Assembly (NCBI GenBank): GCA_964571835.1
Contig: CAZNDR010000001.1
Coordinates: 1-34,063 of the forward strand
Direction: 5' to 3'
DNA from: an uncultured Cytophagia bacterium
Lineage (GTDB): Bacteria; Zhuqueibacterota; Zhuqueibacteria; Thermofontimicrobiales; Thermofontimicrobiaceae
DNA length: 34,063 nucleotides
The notes below the pieces were generated by a model. The model saw nothing but the letters and a program-made list of their open reading frames with translations. It ran no database searches and was not told the origin of the DNA. A program made the position numbers and the translations under genes. Numbering within the stretch: position 1 is the stretch's first letter; each line of letters begins with the position of its first letter. Positions 26,374 through 34,063 of the stretch are shown here, one piece after another.

Positions 26374-27144
26374 GTGAAGTCATATTGGCGGTTATTTCCT
26401 GCTTATTTGTTGGTTGCGTTTTTTTGTAGCGATCTGGAGCGCGATAATATTTTAGATCCGAAAAATCCCAATAGCAAGGCAGATCAAATTGTTTTGGTGG
26501 AACTGTTTGTCAATGATAATACCGGCTACAATTATTGTGAAACGGCTTTGGAGGCAATTGAAGCATTAAGCGAGGATGATAATTATCGTAATAAAATTTT
26601 AGTACTGGAATATCACATTGAAAAAAATGATCTGGCAGATTCTTTTTCGTTGCCAGAGTGCTATGACCGATATGCCAGTTATGTGCCAGTTCAAGCCGAC
26701 CGCGGCATTCCTGATGCGTTTTTTAATGGCAAACTCCAACGAGTTCAGGGCGCTTCTGTGGAAATGGTGAAAGATCGCTACCAGACAGCTCTCTCGGAGG
26801 TGTCCGATAGAAAATCTTTTTTTAGATGTGAAGCGGAAAAGACTGTTAACGGAACTGTTGTTACCATCAACACCAAAATTATTCGACTGGGAGTAAGAAG
26901 TCAGAAGAATGTGAATATTTCAGTTGTACTTGTTGAAGATCTGGGGATGCCTCAGCAACGATTTGTGGTGAGGAAAATCTTACCCTCTCAAGTGATGGAT
27001 ATTATCAATCCGGGTGAGGTGAGATCATTTGCTTTTTCAGGCACTTTATCAGGCATCCGAAATTTCAATAATGCGAAGGCAATCGTTTTCATTCAGAATC
27101 GAAATGAAGCGACCATGGAAATATATCAAGCAGCACAATTTTGA
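26374..27144 (+). CDS. Hypothetical lipoprotein, possibly a degenerate Omp28/thioredoxin-fold-like protein
   Basis: It has a GTG start and a signal ending LLVAFFC. IVLVELFVNDNTGYNYCETALEAIEAL resembles the Omp28-type vLvEeFTG..C..CP segment but lacks the CxxC. Confidence 0.35.
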   Translation: MKSYWRLFPAYLLVAFFCSDLERDNILDPKNPNSKADQIVLVELFVNDNTGYNYCETALEAIEALSEDDNYRNKILVLEYHIEKNDLADSFSLPECYDRYASYVPVQADRGIPDAFFNGKLQRVQGASVEMVKDRYQTALSEVSDRKSFFRCEAEKTVNGTVVTINTKIIRLGVRSQKNVNISVVLVEDLGMPQQRFVVRKILPSQVMDIINPGEVRSFAFSGTLSGIRNFNNAKAIVFIQNRNEATMEIYQAAQF

Positions 27145-27163
27145 CTAAGCGGGGGAGACGGCG

Positions 27164-27823
27164 GTGAAAAAAATCATCATATTTTTGGCACTTATTTTCT
27201 CTGTTAGTTTTAAGAGTTGCGGCGTAGTTGAAAAACTTGCCAATAAAAATCCAATGATAAAAAGTATTTCTGCCACTCCAGCGCAGATAAGTACTCAGGA
27301 CACGACAATCTTAGTTGTTCGCGCTGAAGATCCAGACGGTGATTTGTTATCTTTTAAATGGGACTGCGATAACAACGGTACACTGCTTTCCTTTACCGAG
27401 GAGGAAGTTAAGTGGATTGCGCCAAATTATTCTGGAAAATTTAGGATCGAAGTTAAAGTAACGGATGAGAATGGCGGAAAAGTTACTGGTGAAATTTATG
27501 TTGAGGTCAAAGGAGATGAAGTGCCAGTTGTTACCATCACTGAGCCATCAGAAAATCAGGTTTTCACTGGCATTGGTTATGTGCCCATTAGCGTTTCAGT
27601 AAGTTACCAGTGGCCCATTAGTCGAGTGGAATTTTATTTGGGAAAAGATTCACTTTTATTCAGTGACAGCGCGATGCCCTATCAATATAATGGCTGGAAT
27701 GTAGCGGCTTTGTCAGGGCAAAAATTGCTCAAAGCGCGAGCCTATGATAGAAGTAATGAGGCGAATTTCGGTGAAGATTCGGTTCATGTTTATATCGAGG
27801 GAGTTTTTCCTATTCCCAAATGA
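27164..27823 (+). CDS. Lipoprotein with two Ig-like (PKD/Big-type) domains
   Basis: It has a GTG start and a signal ending SFKSC. A PKD-like segment reads VVRAEDPDGDLLSFKWDCDNNG. A Big-like segment reads VVTITEPSENQVF...ISRVEFYLGKDSLLFSDSAMPYQYNGW...AYDRSNE. Confidence 0.55.
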   Translation: MKKIIIFLALIFSVSFKSCGVVEKLANKNPMIKSISATPAQISTQDTTILVVRAEDPDGDLLSFKWDCDNNGTLLSFTEEEVKWIAPNYSGKFRIEVKVTDENGGKVTGEIYVEVKGDEVPVVTITEPSENQVFTGIGYVPISVSVSYQWPISRVEFYLGKDSLLFSDSAMPYQYNGWNVAALSGQKLLKARAYDRSNEANFGEDSVHVYIEGVFPIPK

Positions 27824-27857
27824 TAAAAGCAAAATGTTTTCATGAATATAAGAATGA

Positions 27858-28847
27858 ATGGAGAATAGCAATATTTCAGAAATTGATCAGATCATAAAAA
27901 ATGGCAGAGAAGTTGTGCGCAAAGAGGCGCAGGCGATAGCGGAGTTGGAAAAGCGGATCGACGAAAATTTCGCCAAAGCAGTGGATTTGATCTATCAGTG
28001 CAAAGGGCGAGTGATCATTACCGGCATGGGCAAATCGGGAATTGTCGGCAGGAAGATAGCTGCAACTCTAACTAGCACGGGAACGGCAGCGTTGTTCCTT
28101 CATCCAGCCGAAGGAATGCACGGCGATTTGGGCATTGTTCACAAAGATGATGTGCTGATATGTATTTCCAAAAGCGGCAATACGCATGAGCTGTTCCAAA
28201 TAGTTCCGTTGATAAAAAGAATTGGCGTGCCAATCATTTCGCTGACCGGCAATCGCCGCTCGCGATTGGCTGAGCGCAGCGATGTGGTGTTGGATGCCAG
28301 CGTTGAACAAGAAGCCTGTTCCAATAATTTAGCACCAACTTCCAGCACGACGGTGGCGTTAGTTTTGGGAGATGCCCTGGCAGTCGCTTTGCTTGAAAAA
28401 CGAAATTTTAAGTCTCAGGATTTTGCTCTGCTGCATCCAGGTGGTAGCCTTGGCAAAAAATTAACGATGAAAATTGACGATATCATGTTTACGAGTGATA
28501 GAATTCCCATTGTTTCAGTAGAAATGAAACTGGAAGAGGTGATCTTTGAGATCACGTCAAAACGATTTGGTTCGACCTGTGTCGTCGATAAAAATAAGCG
28601 TCTGGTTGGCATTATTACCGATGGTGATCTGCGGCGGCTGTTGGAAAGGACCAAGGACATTTGGCAGCTAAAAGCGGCTGATGTCATGACCAAAAATCCC
28701 AAGACGATAAAAACCGGCATTATGGCTGCTGATGCGCTTAACATGATGACCGATTATAGCATTATGCAGGTGGTGATTGTGGACGATAAAAATGTTCCGC
28801 AGGGAATCATTCACTTGCACGATATACTTGAGGCAGGGATTTTGTGA
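27858..28847 (+). CDS. kdsD: Arabinose-5-phosphate isomerase (KpsF/GutQ family: SIS domain plus tandem CBS)
   Basis: The SIS domain reads GRVIITGMGKSGIVGRKIAATLTSTGT.A.FLHPAEGMHGDLG. It also has LAPTSSTT and GGSLGKKL, followed by two CBS motifs. Confidence 0.9.
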   Translation: MENSNISEIDQIIKNGREVVRKEAQAIAELEKRIDENFAKAVDLIYQCKGRVIITGMGKSGIVGRKIAATLTSTGTAALFLHPAEGMHGDLGIVHKDDVLICISKSGNTHELFQIVPLIKRIGVPIISLTGNRRSRLAERSDVVLDASVEQEACSNNLAPTSSTTVALVLGDALAVALLEKRNFKSQDFALLHPGGSLGKKLTMKIDDIMFTSDRIPIVSVEMKLEEVIFEITSKRFGSTCVVDKNKRLVGIITDGDLRRLLERTKDIWQLKAADVMTKNPKTIKTGIMAADALNMMTDYSIMQVVIVDDKNVPQGIIHLHDILEAGIL

Positions 28848-29761
28848 AAAAGCTGCTGAAGAAATTGACGAAGCGATTTAAAAACTGGCTAATTTATGCT
28901 GCCGTCAGAAGCGGAATTCTGTGGATGTTGTCCGTACAAAGAGCTACGTCCATCAAATTTCTGCAAGCGATGGCTAAGTTTGGGTACTATGTTGTTCCAA
29001 GTGAAAGAAAAAAAACCAATGCCAATTTGCAGAAAATTTTTGGTGACAAGAAAACGGAAAATGAGTTAAAAGCCATGGCAAAAAGTGTGTTTGGCAATTT
29101 AGGCAAAAACATGGCTGATGCGTTTGCTATCCCGCGCTTCAATCGTGTCAACATCGATAATTATGTAAAAGTCGAAGGCATTGAACATCTGCAGAACGGC
29201 TTGAAAAATGGTACAGGCGTGATTGCGCTGACTGGGCACATTGGCAATTGGGAACTGATGGGCGCTTATCTGGCAATGAAGGGTTATCCAATAAACGTAG
29301 TTGGCGCGCCAATTTATGATCAGCGCCTCGATGATCTGGTCGTGAAAAATCGGGAGCAGGCCGGGATGAAGAATATCGCACGTGGCTCGGCTACCAGAGA
29401 AATATTAAGAGCCTTGCGCCGAAATGAAGTGGTGGGAATTCTTATCGATCAGGACTCCAAACGAATTGAAGGGATTTTTGTCGATTTTTTGGGACATCAA
29501 GCTTATACGCCAGTAGGACCGGTTGTATTGGCTATGAAAACAAAATCATTGATAATACCCATGGCAATTCATAGCAGAAAAGACGGAACTCATTTGATTG
29601 AAATCAAAAAGGCTTTGCCTTTACAATTTACCGATGATACAGACAGCGATCGTTTAGTTAACACGAAGCTTTGCAATGACGCCTTGTCAGAATTTATCTT
29701 AAAATACCCAACGCAATGGGTGTGGATGCATGAGCGCTGGAAAACGCAAGCAGAGGCATGA
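28844..29761 (+). CDS. Lipid A biosynthesis (Kdo)2-lipid IVA acyltransferase family protein (LpxL/HtrB/MsbB-like)
   Basis: It has LTGHIGNWELMG (the H-x4-E/D acyltransferase motif) and a C-terminal YPTQWVWMHERWK, typical of the family. Its GTG start overlaps the kdsD stop (GTGA). Confidence 0.8.
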   Translation: MKKLLKKLTKRFKNWLIYAAVRSGILWMLSVQRATSIKFLQAMAKFGYYVVPSERKKTNANLQKIFGDKKTENELKAMAKSVFGNLGKNMADAFAIPRFNRVNIDNYVKVEGIEHLQNGLKNGTGVIALTGHIGNWELMGAYLAMKGYPINVVGAPIYDQRLDDLVVKNREQAGMKNIARGSATREILRALRRNEVVGILIDQDSKRIEGIFVDFLGHQAYTPVGPVVLAMKTKSLIIPMAIHSRKDGTHLIEIKKALPLQFTDDTDSDRLVNTKLCNDALSEFILKYPTQWVWMHERWKTQAEA

Positions 29762-29938
29762 AAAAACTTGTCCTGTGCTTAAATAATAAAAGCTAATAGC
29801 TTTCTTGTGAAAAAGGCAAAGCATATCAGTATGCTGATACTTAAAAAGCATGTTAATTCTTTTATTAAGCCACTACCTGTGCTGGTGGTCCCCTGAAAGG
29901 GTTCCACCGTTGTATTAGTTATAAAAATTAGGTAAATT

Positions 29939-29976
29939 GTACCTCTCTGAAGGATGCGGAAATTTACAGGAGGTAC
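29939..29976 (+). promoter_or_regulatory. Stem-loop sequestering the tnpA Shine-Dalgarno sequence
   Basis: GTACCTC (29939-29945) pairs with GAGGTAC (29970-29976). This overlaps SD AGGAGG (29968-29973), 5 nt before ATG 29979. Confidence 0.55.
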
Positions 29977-29978
29977 AG

Positions 29979-30365
29979 ATGAGTCGATTCAGTAAATTAA
30001 GTCATACGATCTATGAAGGTAAGTATCGTATTGTATTCTGTCCGAAATCTCGTTATCGAATACTACAAGGTGATATGGCAGAATACTGTAAAACTTAAAT
30101 CTATTTTTTATGTCGCCAGAAAGACAAGATCGAAATACTCGAACTGAACATTCAGGTCGATCATATTCATATAGCGGTATCAATAGTATCGAAATACTCA
30201 GTTTCATCATTCACGGGTTTTCTCAAAGGAAGGTTGGCGTTGAAATTGTTTGAGCATTATGAGAAACTAAGCAAGCGCTATTGGGGTCGTCATTTATGCT
30301 TTCGTGGATACGGTGTCAGTACTATTGGTTTGAATGAGGAACAGATCCGCAAATATGTTAAATAG
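29979..30365 (+). pseudogene. tnpA: IS200/IS605-family Y1 transposase TnpA with one in-frame TAA (30096-30098)
   Basis: My own translation reads MSRFSKLSHTIYEGKYRIVFCPKSRYRILQGDMAEYCKT*IYFLCRQKDKIEILELNIQVDHIHIAVSIVSKYSVSSFTGFLKGRLALKLFEHYEKLSKRYWGRHLCFRGYGVSTIGLNEEQIRKYVK. It contains the HUH motif (DHIHI), the catalytic-Tyr region (GY.VST.G) and the RYWGRHL signature. Confidence 0.8.
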
Positions 30366-30617
30366 CAAGAGAAAACCGATAAAATGATGAACAAGCACGA
30401 CAAAATATAAAATAACCGCCAAACCCAACAGCGCACCTTTCAGGGCTAATATATCAAGCCACTGCCTCTGGCGCTGGTAAGTTGACTATGCTAATGGAGC
30501 AAAGTAACAAATCGGTGAGCTTTTAGTAGTTGACTATTTATTAATCAAAAATGCAAGGCATGAATTACGTTCACTTGGATGGCAGCGATCCCGACATTGT
30601 AAATCAACGCGATAAAA

Positions 30618-31283
30618 ATGAACAACCTAAGCTTAAATTTATTAAAGTTATTATTGTACCTGATACTTGCTCTCCAATTTTTTGCCCATTGTGGGAAAAA
30701 AAGCGACAGCCAAAGCGCGAACTTAGAGTCATTTGAATATCCAGATCAGGAAGGCTGGAATGCGACCATGACTTCAACGAAAAACGGCATTTTAAATGCC
30801 GTCATTCGCTATGGTCACATGCAACGCTTCAAAAAGAGGAAGGTAGTCGACTTCGATAATAAGATCGCCATTGACTTTTATGATGAAAAAGGCAGGCCTA
30901 GTTCAAAATTGACCTCGGAAAAGGGAAGGTTAAACGAGGCGACTAATGATATCGAAGCGATCGACAATGTCGTTGTCACTTCTGATAGTGGTATCAATTT
31001 GCGTACTGAACAGCTTTGGTGGGATAATAGCATCGAAAAAGTAGTGACGAATAAATTTGTTACTATTACTACCAGCAAGAACGATACTTTTTATGGTTAT
31101 GGTTTTGAGTCGGATCAGCATTTGAATAATTGGTCCATCCGGAAAATTTCCGGCAAAGCTGGCAGAGGATTGGATTTGGGTACGGAATTTATCGAGAAAA
31201 AGACTCAAAAAGATAGCCTGCCGTCGGATTCACAGGCTTTTCCAAGCAAGGCTGCAGCAGACACTTTACAGGAACAAAAATGA
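30618..31283 (+). CDS. lptC: LptC-like LPS export periplasmic/anchored protein
   Basis: It has an N-terminal anchor/lipobox (LALQFFAHC) and is a ~220-aa beta-jellyroll-like protein. It lies directly upstream of, and overlaps by 4 nt, an OstA/LptA-like gene followed by lptB. This is the canonical lptC-lptA-lptB-rpoN synteny. Confidence 0.55.
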   Translation: MNNLSLNLLKLLLYLILALQFFAHCGKKSDSQSANLESFEYPDQEGWNATMTSTKNGILNAVIRYGHMQRFKKRKVVDFDNKIAIDFYDEKGRPSSKLTSEKGRLNEATNDIEAIDNVVVTSDSGINLRTEQLWWDNSIEKVVTNKFVTITTSKNDTFYGYGFESDQHLNNWSIRKISGKAGRGLDLGTEFIEKKTQKDSLPSDSQAFPSKAAADTLQEQK

Positions 31284-32395
31284 AATTAAGGGTTGTCTAT
31301 TTTACACTTGTTAGTTTTATGCTTGTTCAGGTCGATTCCTATTCACAAAACCAGGATCAACTGGAAATTATTCGGACGGACAGCACTGATTTCAAGCAAG
31401 AAAAAACGAGCCAGGGAATCTTGCGTGAGTTGGTGGGTGATGTCCATTTGCGACAAGGCGGCACTGATATGTTCTGCCACAGCATGCGTTGGTGGGTGGA
31501 TTTGGAAAAAGTAATTGTCGAAGGCGAGGTCGAAATCTTTGATAATGTTAAAAAATTGTCAGCCGATGAGGTGCACTATGATTTGAAGACAAGAATTTAT
31601 TTAGCATCAGGAAGGGTTGTATTAAGGGACACTGTCCGGCAGATTTCAGCAGATGAGATCACCTATTATAAACTGGAAGACCGAATTATTGCTAAAGGAC
31701 ATGTGGTCATGAGCGATTTAGCCGAGCGGGTCGAAATCAATTCGCAATGGGCTGAACTTAATAATGAAAAAGATTATGCTAAGGCGACAGACAATCCAAT
31801 TCTGATCAAAAAAGATAGCACTAATCAAGAAGAGATGAGAATTACTGGTCTAGTAATGGAGCTGTTTGACGGCGGAGAAAAGGCAGTGGTGACGGATAGT
31901 GTTCGTTTCACCCAGGAAAAAGCTTCGGCGGCTTGTGGCGTTGCAGAATTTTATCGCAACAGAAATGAAATTATTCTCAAAAGAAATCCGATAGCTTGGC
32001 AAAAGTTTGATCGACTTTCTGGCAGTGAAATACATTTATTTCTTAAAGACGATAAGCTGGTGCAAGCAGTGGTTAAAGACAGGGCGCTGGTGATGTCTCG
32101 AGTCGATACTCTTGGCACTGACAATCGATATAATAAACTGTCCGGTGAGCAAATTACCATGTTTTTTAAGGATCAGGAGTTGAATAAGGTCATAGTTGAA
32201 AATAAGGCGACCAGCTTTTATTATGTTTTTGAAGAGGGCGAAGAGAAAGGCATGAACAAAATTATCGGCGATAAAATTATTGTCCAGATAAAAAATCGTA
32301 AAATTGTCGATATATGGATAAAAAGCAATCCTCAATTGTCGGAGGGAATTTTCTATCCGCCTGGCTACGAAACAGAAGCAAAGGATAACAGATAA
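31280..32395 (+). CDS. OstA/LptA-like periplasmic LPS-transport protein, double length (371 aa)
   Basis: It has a signal peptide ([16 protein letters not shown]). OstA_N-like strand patterns repeat ([70 protein letters not shown]). The synteny with lptC and lptB supports the call. Confidence 0.6.
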   Translation: MKLRVVYFTLVSFMLVQVDSYSQNQDQLEIIRTDSTDFKQEKTSQGILRELVGDVHLRQGGTDMFCHSMRWWVDLEKVIVEGEVEIFDNVKKLSADEVHYDLKTRIYLASGRVVLRDTVRQISADEITYYKLEDRIIAKGHVVMSDLAERVEINSQWAELNNEKDYAKATDNPILIKKDSTNQEEMRITGLVMELFDGGEKAVVTDSVRFTQEKASAACGVAEFYRNRNEIILKRNPIAWQKFDRLSGSEIHLFLKDDKLVQAVVKDRALVMSRVDTLGTDNRYNKLSGEQITMFFKDQELNKVIVENKATSFYYVFEEGEEKGMNKIIGDKIIVQIKNRKIVDIWIKSNPQLSEGIFYPPGYETEAKDNR

Positions 32396-32397
32396 CG

Positions 32398-33129
32398 ATG
32401 ATGCTGAAATTAAAAGCTGAGAATTTGGTAAAAGTATATAACAAACGACCTGTCATTGATAAAGTAAGTTTAGAAGTCGAGCAGGGTGAAATTGTTGGCC
32501 TTTTGGGACCGAATGGCGCTGGTAAAACCACTTGTTTTTATATGATCACTGGAATGATTCGTCCCACCAGCGGCGCAATTTATCTTGATAGCCAGGAAAT
32601 CACCCATTTGCCGATGTACAAAAGAGCGCGGCTGGGTATTGGTTATCTGCCGCAGGAGGCATCAATATTCAGAAAATTAACGGTCGAAGAAAATATTTTG
32701 GCGATTTTAGAGAGCATGCAGCTATCACGTCAGCAGAGGAAAGAACGTGTGGAAGAGCTGCTTAATGAGCTGAACATAGCGCACCTGGCAAAAAATAAAG
32801 CCTATACGCTTTCCGGAGGGGAACGCCGTCGCGCTGAAATTACCCGAGCCTTAGTGACTAACCCAAAATTTATTTTGTTGGATGAGCCTTTTGCCGGCAT
32901 TGATCCCATCGCGGTCGAAGATATCCAATCCATTGTTCAAGGATTGGTAAAAAAAGGAATCGGTGTGCTAATTACTGACCACAATGTCCATGAAACATTA
33001 TCTATCACTCATCGGGCTTATTTGCTATATGAAGGTGTGGTGCTAAAATTTGGCAGCTCTGAATTTTTAGCAAATGATCCAGAAACGAGAAGATTATATT
33101 TAGGAGAAAAATTTAAACTGGACAGATAA
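32398..33129 (+). CDS. lptB: LPS export ABC transporter ATP-binding protein
   Basis: It has Walker [15 protein letters not shown], signature LSGGERRR, Walker [14 protein letters not shown]-loop TDHNV and the LptB-typical C-terminus RRLYLGEKF. The protein is 243 aa. Confidence 0.92.
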   Translation: MMLKLKAENLVKVYNKRPVIDKVSLEVEQGEIVGLLGPNGAGKTTCFYMITGMIRPTSGAIYLDSQEITHLPMYKRARLGIGYLPQEASIFRKLTVEENILAILESMQLSRQQRKERVEELLNELNIAHLAKNKAYTLSGGERRRAEITRALVTNPKFILLDEPFAGIDPIAVEDIQSIVQGLVKKGIGVLITDHNVHETLSITHRAYLLYEGVVLKFGSSEFLANDPETRRLYLGEKFKLDR

Positions 33130-33240
33130 GGATTGAAAAACCAAAGAAATGGAAAGATAGGCAATTGTTTTTTTTCGCTATCACTCTATTGATAATACCA
33201 GCAGTATATTGGATTCAAATCATTAATAGGAAAAAACATC

Positions 33241-34063
33241 ATGATGAATATTGGTTTTTATCAGAAGCCGGGGCTGTACATGAAACAATCGCCTCAGCAA
33301 GTTCTCTTGTCAACGCTTCTTCAATTACCAATTTTAAGCCTCGAGCAACGGATAAAACTCGAGCTGGAGCAGAATCCGCTGTTAGAGGAAGACCTGGAAA
33401 TGGAACAGGAATTGGAAGAAGAGCTAAAGACAGAAGAGTTGGAATTAAAGGAAGAAAAACAACAAGAAGACGCCGACCAAGAGGAAGAGATTATTAATGA
33501 AGATGAAGATGAGATAGATTGGGATACGATTCTCAATGATGAGAATAATTATGAGATAAAAGCTCCTAAAGACGAAAGTGCTGAAACCTATACTCGACCT
33601 GAAGTCTATGAAGCGACGCTGCCTGAGCATCTGCTCGATCAATTAAACATGACCAAACTAACAGATGTGGAATTGACAATTGGTGAATATATTATCTGGA
33701 ATATTAATGAGGTTGGTTATCTTTCTTGCAGCATCGAGGTCATTTCACAAAATTTGGGTGTAACGACCGAACAAGTGGAGAAAGTACTAAAGGTTATCCA
33801 ATCGTTAGACCCTCCGGGCATTGCTGCCCGTGATTTGCAGGAATGTTTGCTGATTCAGCTTATGGATAATCCAGAAGAAAACGAATTGGCGATTAAGGTG
33901 ATTAAAGATTTTTTTGAAGATTTTAAAAATAAGCGTTTTGAGAAGATTGCCAGGAAATTGGGCGTGTCCATCGATGAATTTAAAGAGGTGTTGAACGTCA
34001 TTTTGCAGCTTAATCCTAAACCGGGATCAGGATACTTAATTTTGTTTGACAATACAATTACTC
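33241..34063 (+). CDS. rpoN: RNA polymerase sigma-54 factor, N-terminal part (3' end outside window)
   Basis: Frame 1 is open from ATG 33241 to the window end; it is absent from the ORF track because it has no stop. Region I reads QSPQQVLLSTLLQLPILSLEQRIKLELEQNPLLEE. An acidic region II follows, then ...LDPPGIAARDLQECLLIQL...LNPKPG. It lies downstream of lptB as in the canonical locus. Confidence 0.88.
   Translation, partial: MMNIGFYQKPGLYMKQSPQQVLLSTLLQLPILSLEQRIKLELEQNPLLEEDLEMEQELEEELKTEELELKEEKQQEDADQEEEIINEDEDEIDWDTILNDENNYEIKAPKDESAETYTRPEVYEATLPEHLLDQLNMTKLTDVELTIGEYIIWNINEVGYLSCSIEVISQNLGVTTEQVEKVLKVIQSLDPPGIAARDLQECLLIQLMDNPEENELAIKVIKDFFEDFKNKRFEKIARKLGVSIDEFKEVLNVILQLNPKPGSGYLILFDNTIT

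Larger units (their letters stand above)
29867..30481 (+). mobile_element. IS200-like (IS200/IS605 family, tnpA-only) insertion sequence, ~615 bp, boundaries approximate
   Basis: It carries a Y1-transposase gene. Both ends carry AAGCCACT[A/G]CCT[G/C]TG...CTGGT (29867-29889 and 30456-30481). Just inside these lies an inverted 10-bp core, CCCTGAAAGG (29891-29900) and CCTTTCAGGG (30436-30445). Confidence 0.65.

Noticed and set aside
30481-30540. Direct repeat GTTGACTAT (30481 and 30529) as tandem promoters for lptC
   Set aside because: Each contains a TTGACT -35-like hexamer, but I could find no acceptable -10 hexamer at 16-18 nt spacing. They may be part of the IS end or the target, so they are left uncalled.
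33165-33642. ORFs 33165-33497 (+), 33321-33536 (-) and 33445-33642 (-), with Arg/Ser-rich low-complexity translations
   Set aside because: These are off-frame readings of the GAA/GAG-rich acidic region II of rpoN. The true frame (from ATG 33241) gives a canonical sigma-54 N-terminus.
1-34063. Genome-wide stop-codon reassignment (TAG or TAA read as sense) as the explanation for the in-frame stops
   Set aside because: TAA, TAG and TGA all terminate genes here exactly where conserved C-termini end. Examples are the T9SS CTDs ending ...KMILAK-TAA and ...KMILLK-TAA, the PHP-like gene ending in TAG, and pyrG, kdsA and lptB at normal lengths. Most long genes contain no internal stops.

Overview
AT-rich (about 40% GC by eye) chromosomal segment from a Gram-negative bacterium. 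It has type IX secretion (T9SS) cargo but uses sigma70-type TTGACN-N16/17-TATAAT promoters, so I infer an FCB-superphylum relative rather than a classical Bacteroides. Layout: (1) 1-7.7 kb is a T9SS cargo cluster: two tandem CRTAC1/ASPIC-UnbV FG-GAP proteins, a PorV/PorQ-like barrel, and a 1323-aa protein made of four ~299-aa tandem units. (2) 7.8-13.8 kb is a block of disrupted genes: a zinc-phospholipase-C-like gene with three in-frame stops, a PHP/DUF3604-like hydrolase with two in-frame TAG codons, an intact heparinase II/III-like gene, and an APC permease with a homopolymer frameshift. (3) glpK and a PAS-SpoIIE phosphatase follow. (4) A self-contained tRNA-Sec(UCA) unit (promoter, tRNA, terminator) lies directly upstream of a YkoEDC-like ECF transporter and a MobB/Fe-S fusion protein. 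(5) An LPS/Kdo locus reads pyrG-kdsA-kdsC-[three envelope lipoproteins]-kdsD-lpxL-like-[IS200-like element]-lptC-lptA-like-lptB-rpoN(partial). I saw no CRISPR array, rRNA or recognisable defence genes. The most unusual signal is that six in-frame UAG/UAA codons, with no frameshifts, interrupt three unrelated and otherwise complete-looking genes. Other notable points are the selC/ECF/MobB neighbourhood, a promoter-plus-terminator leader in front of pyrG, a perfect sigma54 -24/-12 motif inside the giant cargo gene, and a lipoprotein trio inside the kds/lpt locus. All family assignments come from reading motifs by eye; no searches were run.
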